The position numbers were made by a program, and so were the translations under genes. Source: a bacterium (GTDB lineage Bacteria; SAR324; JACQKK01). Taken from it: a stretch of 64,000 nucleotides of DNA. Numbering within the stretch: position 1 is the first letter of the stretch; every line of letters begins with the position of its first letter. Positions 27,467 through 36,594 of this stretch are shown here, piece by piece. The stretch spans positions 313,117-377,116 of the forward strand of contig CBDBIG010000003.1 in NCBI GenBank assembly GCA_965205845.1, in the 5' to 3' direction. The notes beneath the pieces were generated by a model. The model saw nothing but the letters and a program-made list of their open reading frames with translations, was not told the origin of the DNA and did no database searches.

Positions 27467-27658
27467 AACGCTGAGGTGCACATTGTTGTAAACCGTGTTT
27501 GAAAGAGGGGCGCTCGATTGAAACCATGCTGTTTGACCGCGAACAACTCCCTTGCATTAAGCAACGCTGAGGTGCACATTGTTGTAAACCGTGTTTGAAA
27601 GAGGGGCGCTCGATTGAAACCATGCTGTTTGACCGCGAACAACTCCCTTGCATTGGCG
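27467..27658. repeat. 96-bp tandem duplication (x2) covering the RBS, start codon and first 11 codons of rimM
   Basis: Units at 27467-27562 and 27563-27658. Copy 1 contains ATGCTGTTTGACCGCGAACAACTCCCTTGCATT and runs into TGA, giving the decoy ORF MLFDREQLPCIKQR. Copy 2 is the real rimM start at 27622. Confidence 0.9.
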
Positions 27659-28194
27659 TGGTACTCCGACCCCACGGCTTAAAAGGGGTGCTTTGCGTGC
27701 GGGCTTTTGCCTTGTTTCGCCCAGCCATTCAAGTTTTACCCACGCTGATTGTATACGGTGCGGGGGCGTTGTGCGAAAAAACGGTGCTGGACTACACATC
27801 GAATAACGGATTGTGGCATGTGAAACTGCAAGGTGTAAGCACGCGTACCCAGGCCGAGGCTTTGCATAAAGCCCAATTGCTGGCGCATCCAGATGCGCTG
27901 GTGACACTTTCGCAGCATGTACCCCCCAACACCCCCACACCCCAGGCACAGGGCAACCCACACGCATTGTGGGATGCCATATTGGGTTGCAGTGTTCAAA
28001 CGGAAACTGACGAAGTACTGGGGGAGGTGGAAGGGGTGTTTTCGACGGGTGCCAATGATGTACTGGAGGTGCGTCCAAACACCGGTGGCAAGGTCTTGCT
28101 GGTGCCTTGGATTGAACAGGTGGTGCGCTCCATTAACCTTGCCAAACGGCAGGTATGCATTCGCCCTTTGGAAGGAATGCAAGAGATGCCATGA
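27622..28194 (+). CDS. rimM: 16S rRNA processing protein RimM
   Basis: LPCIGVVLRPHGLKGVLCVRAF (the RimM N-terminal beta-barrel motif) and a C-terminal PRC-barrel-like region. Position is between rpsP and trmD. The start was moved from 27595 (inside the repeat) to the ATG at 27622. Confidence 0.85.
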   Translation: MLFDREQLPCIGVVLRPHGLKGVLCVRAFALFRPAIQVLPTLIVYGAGALCEKTVLDYTSNNGLWHVKLQGVSTRTQAEALHKAQLLAHPDALVTLSQHVPPNTPTPQAQGNPHALWDAILGCSVQTETDEVLGEVEGVFSTGANDVLEVRPNTGGKVLLVPWIEQVVRSINLAKRQVCIRPLEGMQEMP

Positions 28195-28973
28195 AGCAAC
28201 CCCTAGGCAAAACAGCAACACCGTGCCCTACCCTAACCGAGCAAACAACCCCCAGGCATCCCAATCCCCTCAAATATTTGGATGTCATTACCCTATTTCC
28301 CGCCCTGTTTGCGCCGTGGTTGCAAGAGGGGTTGATGGCAAGGGCCAAGAAGCGTGGTTTGATTCAACTTACGTTGGTCCCTTTGCGTCAGTACGGCCTC
28401 GGGCCAAGGCATAACGTGGATGCTACCCCTTACGGCGGAGGCCCGGGGATGGTGCTGCGCCCTGAACCCATTGCAGCCGCTTTGGAAGCACGCACACAAA
28501 TCCACAAAGCCAAGGGCTTGCACGCACATTGCGTTTTGCTCACCCCCCAAGGCAAGCCCATTCAACAAGCCATGGTCGAGGACTGGGCACAACAGTCGAA
28601 ACGGGTGCTTACCCTAATTTGTGGGCGCTACGAAGGCTTTGATGAGCGCGTTCGTCAAACCTTGGTCGATGAGGAGGTGTGCGTGGGGGACTTTATTTGC
28701 TTAGGCGGCGAAGCCTTGGCTTTGGCCGTGCTCGAGGCGGTGGTGCGACTGCTCCCAGGATCATTGGGCAACAAAAGCTCCCCTAAGGAAGAGAGCTTTA
28801 GCAATGGAGGTTTAGAATATGCCCAGTATACAAAACCATTGGTGTTTAAAGGGTATGAGGTCCCCCCTGTATTGCGTTCAGGCAACCATGCCCAAATTAC
28901 GACATGGCGTCAGCAACAAGCAAAGCAACGTACAAGGCTGCGCCGTCCCGACCTCTCCCAAGGCAAAGGGTAG
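28191..28973 (+). CDS. trmD: tRNA (guanine37-N1)-methyltransferase
   Basis: LKYLDVITLFPALFAPWLQEGLMARAKKRGLIQL (TrmD N-terminus) and YGGGPGMVL (the SAM-binding trefoil-knot motif). The start ATG overlaps the rimM stop (ATGA). Confidence 0.92.
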   Translation: MKQPLGKTATPCPTLTEQTTPRHPNPLKYLDVITLFPALFAPWLQEGLMARAKKRGLIQLTLVPLRQYGLGPRHNVDATPYGGGPGMVLRPEPIAAALEARTQIHKAKGLHAHCVLLTPQGKPIQQAMVEDWAQQSKRVLTLICGRYEGFDERVRQTLVDEEVCVGDFICLGGEALALAVLEAVVRLLPGSLGNKSSPKEESFSNGGLEYAQYTKPLVFKGYEVPPVLRSGNHAQITTWRQQQAKQRTRLRRPDLSQGKG

Positions 28974-29043
28974 GCATGCAGCATTTCTTCATAAGGCGAA
29001 AAAAAGAGCCATTGCAAAACGGGTTGTGTTGGCGCAAAATAGC

Positions 29044-29898
29044 ATGACAAAAAGCGAGGTGGAAAAACCAAACGCACAGGGGACAAAACCCATGGGTGAA
29101 ACGGCCGCCAAACCCACTCCTGAAGAGGTCGACGGCTTGCGCGAGCTGTTGCAAGGCTCAAGTAGCATTACGGTGTTTAGTGGGGCTGGAATGAGTACGG
29201 AGTCGGGAATTCCGGATTTTCGCGGGCCCAATGGTGTGTGGCAACGGGTCGATCCTGCTGATTTTCACATTGACCGCCTGCTTGCCAGCGATGAATCGCG
29301 CAAGCGTTATTGGCTGCGTAGCAGCACGATGTATGCGCAAATAAAGCAGGCACAACCCAATTTAGGGCATCATGCCGTGGTCCAGTTAGAGCAATTGGGC
29401 CGCTTACACGCCCTTATCACCCAAAATGTGGATGGCTTGCACCAACAAGCAGGGAATAACGATACCAAGGTGCTCGAGTTGCACGGCAATGCATGCTACG
29501 TTGCTTGCCTTTCGTGTCAAAAAAAGATATCACGCGAGATCTACCAGCCAAAGGTTGGTGAGGATGGTTTTGCACCTCCATGCGAGGCGTGCGCGGGCAT
29601 CATGAAGCCAGCGACCATCTCTTTTGGGCAGATGCTCGACCCTCAGGTGCTTGAAACGGCCGTGCAGGCGTCAAAAAATTGCGATTTGTTTTTGGTGGTG
29701 GGGTCTTCATTGCAAGTTCATCCCGCGGCCACCTTGCCTTTTGTGGCTTTGGAACAAGGGGTGGACCTGGTCATTTTGAATGCGCAAACCACCCCCTGCG
29801 ATTCCTTTGCCAAACTGGTGGTGCATGCATCGTCTGCCCAAACCTTGCACCAAGCGGTGAACGCGCTCTCTGCCAAAGCAGGTCATGTTTTACACTAA
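29044..29898 (+). CDS. cobB: NAD-dependent protein deacylase, Sir2 family (CobB-like)
   Basis: GAGMSTESGIPDFRGPNGVW, ITQNVDGLH, and the C-x2-C...C-x2-C zinc ribbon (CLSCQKK...CEACAG). Start chosen at MTKSEVEK (29044) and is uncertain. Confidence 0.85.
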   Translation: MTKSEVEKPNAQGTKPMGETAAKPTPEEVDGLRELLQGSSSITVFSGAGMSTESGIPDFRGPNGVWQRVDPADFHIDRLLASDESRKRYWLRSSTMYAQIKQAQPNLGHHAVVQLEQLGRLHALITQNVDGLHQQAGNNDTKVLELHGNACYVACLSCQKKISREIYQPKVGEDGFAPPCEACAGIMKPATISFGQMLDPQVLETAVQASKNCDLFLVVGSSLQVHPAATLPFVALEQGVDLVILNAQTTPCDSFAKLVVHASSAQTLHQAVNALSAKAGHVLH

Positions 29899-29925
29899 AC
29901 GCGGAATAATAGGTTCCACACACGC

Positions 29926-30510
29926 ATGTCAAATATTCCTCACGGAAATGTGTATCGATTCCAAAACTGGACACCCACCATTGCCCCCAGTGCTTATATC
30001 GCCCCCGGGGCACATGTTATAGGCCAAGTGCACCTTGCAGCCAAAGTACACATTTTGTTCAATGTCGTGCTGCGCGGTGACAATGCAGCCATTACTGTGG
30101 GTGAGGGTTCAAATATACAAGACAACTCCACCATTCATGTAGAGCCAGCTCGGGAAGATGGCACACCCCAAGCCCCTTGCACCATTGGTAAAAACGTAAC
30201 CATTGGGCACAACTGCCTTGTGCACGGTGCAACCATTGAGGACGAGGTGCTGATTGGCATGGGTGCAGTGGTGATGAATTTTGCCAAAATTGGCCGTGGT
30301 TGCATTGTGGGCGCAGGTGCGATTGTGCTAGAACATACCGTGGCACCGCCTTTTTCTTTGCTGGTGGGAGCACCTGCTATAATTAAAAAAACCTATCCCT
30401 CAAAAGAAGCCCTTGCGGTAACCGTTCGTGCAGCGCAAGGCTATCAGCAACGCATTGAGGACTTTAAAACCACCTTACGCCAACAAAACATGGGGCATGG
30501 TCAAACTTAA
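29926..30510 (+). CDS. Gamma-class carbonic anhydrase family / left-handed beta-helix hexapeptide-repeat protein
   Basis: IAPSAYIAPGAHVIGQVHLAAKVHILFNVVLRGDN...IGHNCLVHGATIEDEVLIGMGAVV: hexapeptide repeats with the His pattern of gamma-CA/YrdA-like proteins. Confidence 0.7.
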   Translation: MSNIPHGNVYRFQNWTPTIAPSAYIAPGAHVIGQVHLAAKVHILFNVVLRGDNAAITVGEGSNIQDNSTIHVEPAREDGTPQAPCTIGKNVTIGHNCLVHGATIEDEVLIGMGAVVMNFAKIGRGCIVGAGAIVLEHTVAPPFSLLVGAPAIIKKTYPSKEALAVTVRAAQGYQQRIEDFKTTLRQQNMGHGQT

Positions 30511-30559
30511 CGCTCGCCGTCTGTACACGTACGCTCCCCTTGCGCATGATAAAGGCCCT

Positions 30560-30990
30560 CAACGACAAGAACCATTTTACAACCACACCCCAGCAAGGTC
30601 GCTAAACCAGCATCGCCCCATGCAAAGGTGGAACGCACAAAGCACGGCGACAAGAACCATTTTACAACCACACCGCAGCAAGGTCGCTAAACCAGCATGA
30701 CCCCATGCAAAGGTGGAACGCACAAAGCACGGCGACAAAAACCATTTTACAACCACACCCCAGCAAGGTCGCTAAACCAGCATCGCCCCATGCAAAGGTG
30801 GAACGCACAAAGCACGGCGACAAAAACCATTTTACAACCACACCCCAGCAAGGTCGCTAAACCAGCATCGCCCCATGCAAAGGTGGAACGCACAAAAGCA
30901 CGGCGACAAAAACCATTTTACAACCACACCCCAGCAAGGTCGCTAAACCAGCATCGCCCCATGCAAAGGTGGAACGCACAAAAGCACAGC
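30560..30990. repeat. 85/86-bp tandem repeat x5 between the gamma-CA-like gene and nfeD
   Basis: Marker ACCATTTTACAACCACACC occurs at 30571, 30656, 30741, 30826 and 30912. The units encode nothing recognisable. Confidence 0.9.
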
Positions 30991-31014
30991 AATTTTTCAA
31001 AAAACACAGGGTAG

Positions 31015-31491
31015 GTGGGTGAATCGATGGAATGGTTTTATTGGATTTCTTGGGCGCAAATCTGGCTAATTGTGGGCCTTTTTTTGATTGGGATGGATCT
31101 CTTTATCCCATCTGGTGGGTTGCTGGCAGCCACGGGTTTAACGGTACTTTCTGCTGCGCTCTTAGCGTGGTTTCAGGTAGCATGGTGGATATATTTGGTC
31201 GTACTGCCTCCCATGGCAGCTCTTTTCGTTGCGCTGTGCCTTTGGGTATTGGCCAAGGGGGGTGGTTTGCTTGAACGCTGGATACTACCCGAAAAGATTA
31301 AAACCAACATGGATGCCCTGCCAGGCCGCGAGGGGCTGGTAAGACAGCTGCGTGAAGATGGATTGGTTTATGTTGAGGTGCAAGGAGATCGCTGGCTGAG
31401 CACGGTCGAAGGCAAGGCAAGGGTAGAAGTGGGGACACGCGTTCGCATTGTACGCGTGCAAGAAGGTCGCTTGGTGGTAAGCATCTGTTGA
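31015..31491 (+). CDS. NfeD-family membrane protein (stomatin-operon partner)
   Basis: Three N-terminal TM helices, then a C-terminal OB-fold-like soluble domain (VQGDRWLSTVEGKARVEVGTRVRIVRVQEGRLVV). Located immediately upstream of an SPFH gene. Confidence 0.75.
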   Translation: MGESMEWFYWISWAQIWLIVGLFLIGMDLFIPSGGLLAATGLTVLSAALLAWFQVAWWIYLVVLPPMAALFVALCLWVLAKGGGLLERWILPEKIKTNMDALPGREGLVRQLREDGLVYVEVQGDRWLSTVEGKARVEVGTRVRIVRVQEGRLVVSIC

Positions 31492-31574
31492 GGTGTTTTT
31501 TGAATTTTAGGGAACGCACACCGGCGTACTTATGGACGTCATTTTTTTTGAAAGGATAAGTAGGTACAACAAAG

Positions 31575-32426
31575 ATGTTTTTTTATCGCATCCCCCAAGC
31601 CCATGTGATGGTGGTTGAACGCTTGGGTAAATTTCACCGCATTTGCCAGCCTGGTTTAAGGGTACTTTTGCCCATACTCGATTACCCCAAAGAAATGCCC
31701 GAATGGGAAGGGCGTGGAGTACGCTTAGTGGGCAGCCGTCCTATTTTGGTGGAGCTGGCAGAGCAATCTTTAGGGACAGAACCACGTGCGAGCATTACCC
31801 GCGACAACGTGCAGCTGCGTGTTGACACGCTTATTTATTGGCAGGTTACCGATGTGATGCGTGCCGTGTATGAAGTAGATGTGCTGCCCAATGCCATTTT
31901 GGATCTTACCCTGACCACCTTGCGCTCGGTAATTGGCAGCATGAACATGGATGAGGCCATTAGCAACCGCCTAAAAATTAACGACGCTGTGCAAACCGAG
32001 CTTCAAGGTGCGGTGGAAAAATGGGGGGTGCGGGTCAACCGTGTGGAAATTCAAGAACTGCATGCCTCGGATGAAGCCTCTGCGGCAATGCTGAAACAAA
32101 TGACCGCTGAGCGTGAAAAACGCGCAGCCGTTACCGAAGCCGAAGGGAAAAAAGCCGCCGCTATTTTAGAGGCAGAAGGCTATCGCGAGGCGGTGCTCAT
32201 CCGTTCAAAGGCGGATGCGGATGCCATGAAGGAGTTTGCCCGTGGGGAAGCAGAATTTCTAAAACCACTCCACCAAGTGCTGGGAGAAAAGAACGGAATG
32301 AATTTTGCTCTCGCTGCAAAATACCTCCGCACCCTTGGCAGCATGGATGAAACAGCCAAGGTGTTTTTGCCCTTAAACCTGGCTGAAGCCATTGATACGG
32401 TTTTACGCGGCACGGGCAAAAAATAA
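31575..32426 (+). CDS. SPFH/band-7 (stomatin-like) protein
   Basis: VVERLGKFHRICQPGLRVLLPILD, a band-7 core, and a Glu/Ala-rich coiled-coil tail. Canonical nfeD-SPFH pair. Confidence 0.85.
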   Translation: MFFYRIPQAHVMVVERLGKFHRICQPGLRVLLPILDYPKEMPEWEGRGVRLVGSRPILVELAEQSLGTEPRASITRDNVQLRVDTLIYWQVTDVMRAVYEVDVLPNAILDLTLTTLRSVIGSMNMDEAISNRLKINDAVQTELQGAVEKWGVRVNRVEIQELHASDEASAAMLKQMTAEREKRAAVTEAEGKKAAAILEAEGYREAVLIRSKADADAMKEFARGEAEFLKPLHQVLGEKNGMNFALAAKYLRTLGSMDETAKVFLPLNLAEAIDTVLRGTGKK

Positions 32427-32831
32427 GGGCATTTGCAAAAGTGGTTGCTTTTAAGCAATCTTGCAAGCCTCATTCAAGCATTGTTATAGACGCGGCACGG
32501 GCAAAAAATAAGGGCATTTGCAAAAGCAGTTGCTTTTAAGCAATCTTGCAAACCTCATTCAAGCATTGTTATAGACGCGGCACGGGCAAAAAATAAGGGC
32601 ATTTGCAAAAGCAGTTGCTTTTAAGCAATCTTGCAAGCCTCATTCAAGCATTGTTATAGACGCGGCACGGGCAAAAAATAAGGGCATTTGCAAAAGCAGT
32701 TGCTTTTAAGCAATCTTGCAAGCCTCATTCAAGCATTGTTATAGACGCGGCACGGGCAAAAAATAAGGGCATTTGCAAAAGCAGTTGCTTTTAAGCAATC
32801 TTGCAAACCTCATTCAAGCATTGAATAGAAA
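32407..32831. repeat. 85-bp tandem repeat x5 that starts inside the SPFH gene 3' end (includes the TAA stop) and fills the whole intergenic space up to the next start codon
   Basis: GCGGCACGGGCAAAAAATAAGGGC marker at 32407, 32492, 32577, 32662 and 32747 with exact 85-bp period. The first unit encodes …LRGTGKK-stop. Confidence 0.95.
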
Positions 32832-33425
32832 GTGAAAGCGCGCACGATGGCCGATCATTTTGAAACCCCCAAAAACATGCGCATCCCCAACGTGATAGAG
32901 AAAACCCTCAGCGTCCAGCAAAAACATGCCCAAAAGGCTGTACTCGATAGCCCGCGCGGGCATGTGGTGGGGCCGTTTTGGGCATGGCTTTATAGCCCCA
33001 AAATGTGCATCCATGCTCAAGCAATGGGGGCCTATGTGCGCTTTGAAACCAGCTTGCCTAAACCCTTAAACGAGTTAGCCATTTTGCTCACAGGTCGGCG
33101 TTGGCGTTCTCAATTTGAATTTTTTGCCCACGCCAAACTGGGCATAGCTGCAGGTTTGGGCCGTGATTTGATTGAAGCCTTGCGCCAAGGTAACCGCCCT
33201 GAAGGCATGAGCGATGACGAAGTGCTGGTGTATGATGCCGTGGAAACCTTGCTTGCCACCAGCCGCATGCCTGATAAGCTTTATCAGCAGGTCGAAACCC
33301 GCTTTGGCGTGCAAGGCACCGTCGATTTGGTGGCTGCGGTAGGCTATTACACCATGGTATGCCTCACCTTAAACACTTTTCGCATTTTGCCTGAGGAGGC
33401 GGATATGCCATTTGAAGAGAAGTAA
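32832..33425 (+). CDS. Carboxymuconolactone decarboxylase (CMD/AhpD-like) family protein
   Basis: VDLVAAVGYYTMVCLTLNTF, a typical CMD-family helical core. Start possibly the MADHFE Met at 32847. Confidence 0.6.
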   Translation: MKARTMADHFETPKNMRIPNVIEKTLSVQQKHAQKAVLDSPRGHVVGPFWAWLYSPKMCIHAQAMGAYVRFETSLPKPLNELAILLTGRRWRSQFEFFAHAKLGIAAGLGRDLIEALRQGNRPEGMSDDEVLVYDAVETLLATSRMPDKLYQQVETRFGVQGTVDLVAAVGYYTMVCLTLNTFRILPEEADMPFEEK

Positions 33426-33502
33426 AAAATACGCCCAAGATTAGAAAAAATCGCCCAAAAAATATCCAAAAAGGCAAAGCCATAGCGCTCTTTTTAAAAA
33501 AA

Positions 33503-34270
33503 TTGCACGCCCAGGTAAAGTCTATGCAAAAATTTGCCCGCGATGTACCTGCCAACGTGGGTGTTACCATTCCCCAAATGTCCAGCGCAAGCAATCTTTG
33601 TGCATGTGCTGACCAAAGTATTGACTTGGCTGTCACATCCCCGCCCTATTTAAACGCCGTTGACTATCCCCGAACCCATCAGCTTGAAACTTACTGGTTA
33701 GGCCTCGCTTCTGGTTCTTTGAGGGATTTAAAAGCGCAGCACATCGGTACTGAAGTTGTTTCTTCACGGGATTGCAAACGCTTACACGCGACGGGTTACG
33801 ATTGCGCGGATGCTGTTATTGCAAGCATCTATCAAAAAGACCCGCGCAGAGCCTACCATTGCCTACAAGTACTTGGTAGATATGGAAGAGCTATTTAAAA
33901 GAAGTAAATCGGGTGTTAAAACCACAGGGAAGGTATGTGATTGCGATTGGCTCTAACAAGGTTAGGGGGCATACCTTTGAATCTTGGAGACATTTTATCG
34001 ACATCGCACAAAGCGTTGGTTACAGGGTAAACCATCGGTTCGAGTCGGAGATTATTAACCACTTTATCAAAGTACCTCGCGATGAGCGCATTGAGGAAGA
34101 TCATGTGTTGGTATTGTAAAAAGGAAAGAAAATAAAGGCCAACGTGCCGCTGCCACTGGGTTTGCAAACGAAAGCAGGCTTCTTGGGGCCTTATTATCAA
34201 GGGGTTACAATGCTTTTAGGGTAGACCTACCTCTATCTTCTTATGATATTATCATGGAATTGGATCCACG
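33503..34270 (+). pseudogene. Beta-class (N4-cytosine/N6-adenine) DNA methyltransferase, disrupted by at least two frameshifts
   Basis: Frame 1 gives CADQSIDLAVTSPPYLNAVDY (motif IV, the D/S-PPY type). Frame 2 gives YKYLVDMEELFKRSK. Frame 3 gives RVLKPQGRYVIAIG. A further frame reads AAATGFANESRLLGALLSRGYNAFRVDL, resembling the FxGSGTT...GR.FIGIE SAM-binding region. The order IV->I matches the beta class. No intact ORF spans these pieces. Confidence 0.6.
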
Positions 34271-34708
34271 GAGCAATATCCGTATCCAGGTAAAAACGGT
34301 CGGCATTTGCTGGGTCCGTTCGTTTTACAGGGGGTCTAAGGGGAGGTGTCGATCGGTCCTATAAATCGGGTGTTAAAGCGTACATACAAAGCACACGTAC
34401 CTCAGACGCAGTGGTGGGAGTAAAAGTAGAGAGAGAAAACGGCGACTCCAAAATAGATTTCTACATCATCCCCACGTTGTACATTGAAAAATTGGAACAA
34501 AAAAGCCTCTCTATAAACAAAATACCCCAGGCAAAAAATCACTGGAAACTTCTTGAAATGTGTAAAGACCACGCGTACGTTGAAAATCTATTTTGTTAAA
34601 GTGTGCGTCATGGTATTTTTAGTACGCACGTTCGTCCTAGCTTGTTTGGCGATTTTACCCGCCCACAGTACACCATTCACCTTTTCATTGCGTGCTGCGT
34701 AAAAACCG

Positions 34709-35575
34709 ATGACACAACCCGCCACCTTGCAAGATATCAACGCCTTCCCCCCACTGGCGGTTTTAAACGCTAATGTACACAGGGTGCTCGGCATGAACCC
34801 TTCTGCCTTCACGGGACCAGGAACCAACACCTACCTGGTGGGGCAGGCGGGGTCGAACCCTGTATTGATAGACTCGGGGATTGGAGTGCCCGTTTGGCAG
34901 AAAAACTTACAAACCCACACGCAACAGCAAAAGCATGCACCCCAGCGCTGCTTGTTTACCCACGGTCACCCCGACCATATTGGTGGTTGGCAACAACTGC
35001 GTGCACTCTGGCCCAACATTCCCTTTTACAAAATGCCCTGGCCTCAAAAAGATGGTGCGCTCACCCCACAATTAACACCCATTCAAGATGGCAATGTGTT
35101 TGAGGGAGAAGGCTACACGTTGCGCGCTGTACACACCCCAGGGCATGCCCCAGATCATATTTGTTTTTGGCTTGAAGAAGAAAAAGCCTTGTTCACGGGG
35201 GATGTCGTGCTAGGCATTGGAACCACGGTGATTCCACAAGACGGTGGTAACATGAAGCAATACCTTGGATCGCTGCAACGCTTGCTTGAGATGAAACCCG
35301 AGCGCATTTATCCAGGGCATGGTCCCGTTATTGAAAACGCCTGTGCCACCATTACAAACCTCATCAACCATCGCCTGCAACGCGAGGAACAAGTGCTCAA
35401 TTGCGTGGGTGATGGCCTTGAAAGCGTGGAGGAAATTGTAGCCTTGCTCTACCAAAAATATCCCAAAAACCTACACCACGCAGCAGGACAATCGGTGCTG
35501 TCTCACCTGGACAAATTGGTGGAAGACGGGCGGGTTGTGCGTACGGGGATGCCGCCACGCTTTGGCTTATTGTAA
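34709..35575 (+). CDS. MBL-fold metallo-hydrolase
   Basis: LFTHGHPDHIGG (H-x-H-x-DH), HTPGHAPDH, and GDVVLGIGT with the downstream His. Confidence 0.8.
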   Translation: MTQPATLQDINAFPPLAVLNANVHRVLGMNPSAFTGPGTNTYLVGQAGSNPVLIDSGIGVPVWQKNLQTHTQQQKHAPQRCLFTHGHPDHIGGWQQLRALWPNIPFYKMPWPQKDGALTPQLTPIQDGNVFEGEGYTLRAVHTPGHAPDHICFWLEEEKALFTGDVVLGIGTTVIPQDGGNMKQYLGSLQRLLEMKPERIYPGHGPVIENACATITNLINHRLQREEQVLNCVGDGLESVEEIVALLYQKYPKNLHHAAGQSVLSHLDKLVEDGRVVRTGMPPRFGLL

Positions 35576-35709
35576 GCGCGATTTGAGCACTTAACACGCA
35601 CTTCTTTTGTGAACCTTGGAAAAAAGCCTGCCTGGCTACAAACACAACGGCTTTGTGGGGGTATGGTGCGTTCAAAAAAACATCCTCGCACCATGATGGT
35701 TATTTTATT

Positions 35710-36594
35710 ATGGTGACACCCCCCCCTTGCCTTACCAACGCAGATACACCCCAAAAAACGCGTCAACTGCTGGGTGAGCGGCTGCAAACGTTTGTACCCA
35801 GGCCCCCACCCTATCCGCTGATTATGGGCATTATCAACGTCACCCCAAACTCGTTTAGCGATGGTGGCGACCTACCCCAGCTCGAGGATGTGCTCCGTCG
35901 GGCAGGCACCTTAAAGGGCGAAGGGGCAGATATTTTAGATGTAGGTGGGGCGTCCTCACATCCCAATGCCCCCCATACCCCAATTAAAGTGGAATTACAG
36001 CGCGTTGTGCCCGTGGTGAAAACCCTACACCAGCAAGGATTGGGACCTATTTCAATCGATACCCAACACCCTGCTGTCGCGCAGCAATGCCTGCACGCAG
36101 GGGCGCACCTAATCAACGATGTAAGCGGCCTTTGCACCACCCAAACCCCCAACGCTGATATGGCCGCGATCGCTGCTCAATTTGGAGCGCCGCTGGTGAT
36201 CACCTGCAACCATTTGAACCAACCCCCTCCCCCCAACACGCCTTTGTTAGAAGGGATGCTCCATTTTTTTAAGCAGCGCATTACCGCCGCCAAAAAGCAC
36301 GGGGCGACCCAACTTATTTTGGATCCTGGGTATGGTTTTGGCAAAAGCCTGCCCCAAAACTTGCAAACTTTGCGCGAACTTTCAAGTTTAATCCCTTTGG
36401 GTTACCCTATTTTAACCTGCACTTCGCGCAAAGGTTCCCTTGGCAAGTTAAGCGCAGAACCCAAACCAAAGGAACGCCTAGGTGCCGGTTTGGCAAGTGC
36501 ATTCTTTGCGCTGAAACAAGGGGCTAGCATTGTGCGTACCCATGATGTAAAACCCTTGCACCAGTTCGTTCATCTATGGCACACTTTGCGGTGA
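35710..36594 (+). CDS. folP: Dihydropteroate synthase
   Basis: IMGIINVTPNSFSDGGD (the DHPS N-terminal motif), DILDVGG, and GASIVRTHDV (C-terminal motif). The start is uncertain (ORF-track ATG at 35653; a later ATG at 35710 was used). Confidence 0.85.
   Translation: MVTPPPCLTNADTPQKTRQLLGERLQTFVPRPPPYPLIMGIINVTPNSFSDGGDLPQLEDVLRRAGTLKGEGADILDVGGASSHPNAPHTPIKVELQRVVPVVKTLHQQGLGPISIDTQHPAVAQQCLHAGAHLINDVSGLCTTQTPNADMAAIAAQFGAPLVITCNHLNQPPPPNTPLLEGMLHFFKQRITAAKKHGATQLILDPGYGFGKSLPQNLQTLRELSSLIPLGYPILTCTSRKGSLGKLSAEPKPKERLGAGLASAFFALKQGASIVRTHDVKPLHQFVHLWHTLR

Noticed and set aside
30428-31014. ORFs 30428-30700 and 30697-31014, encoding reiterated KPFYNHTPARSLNQHRPMQRWNAQ peptides.
   Set aside because: These are translations of the 85-bp x5 array; the repeated peptide appears in the frames that happen to be open. 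There is no start context and no homology.
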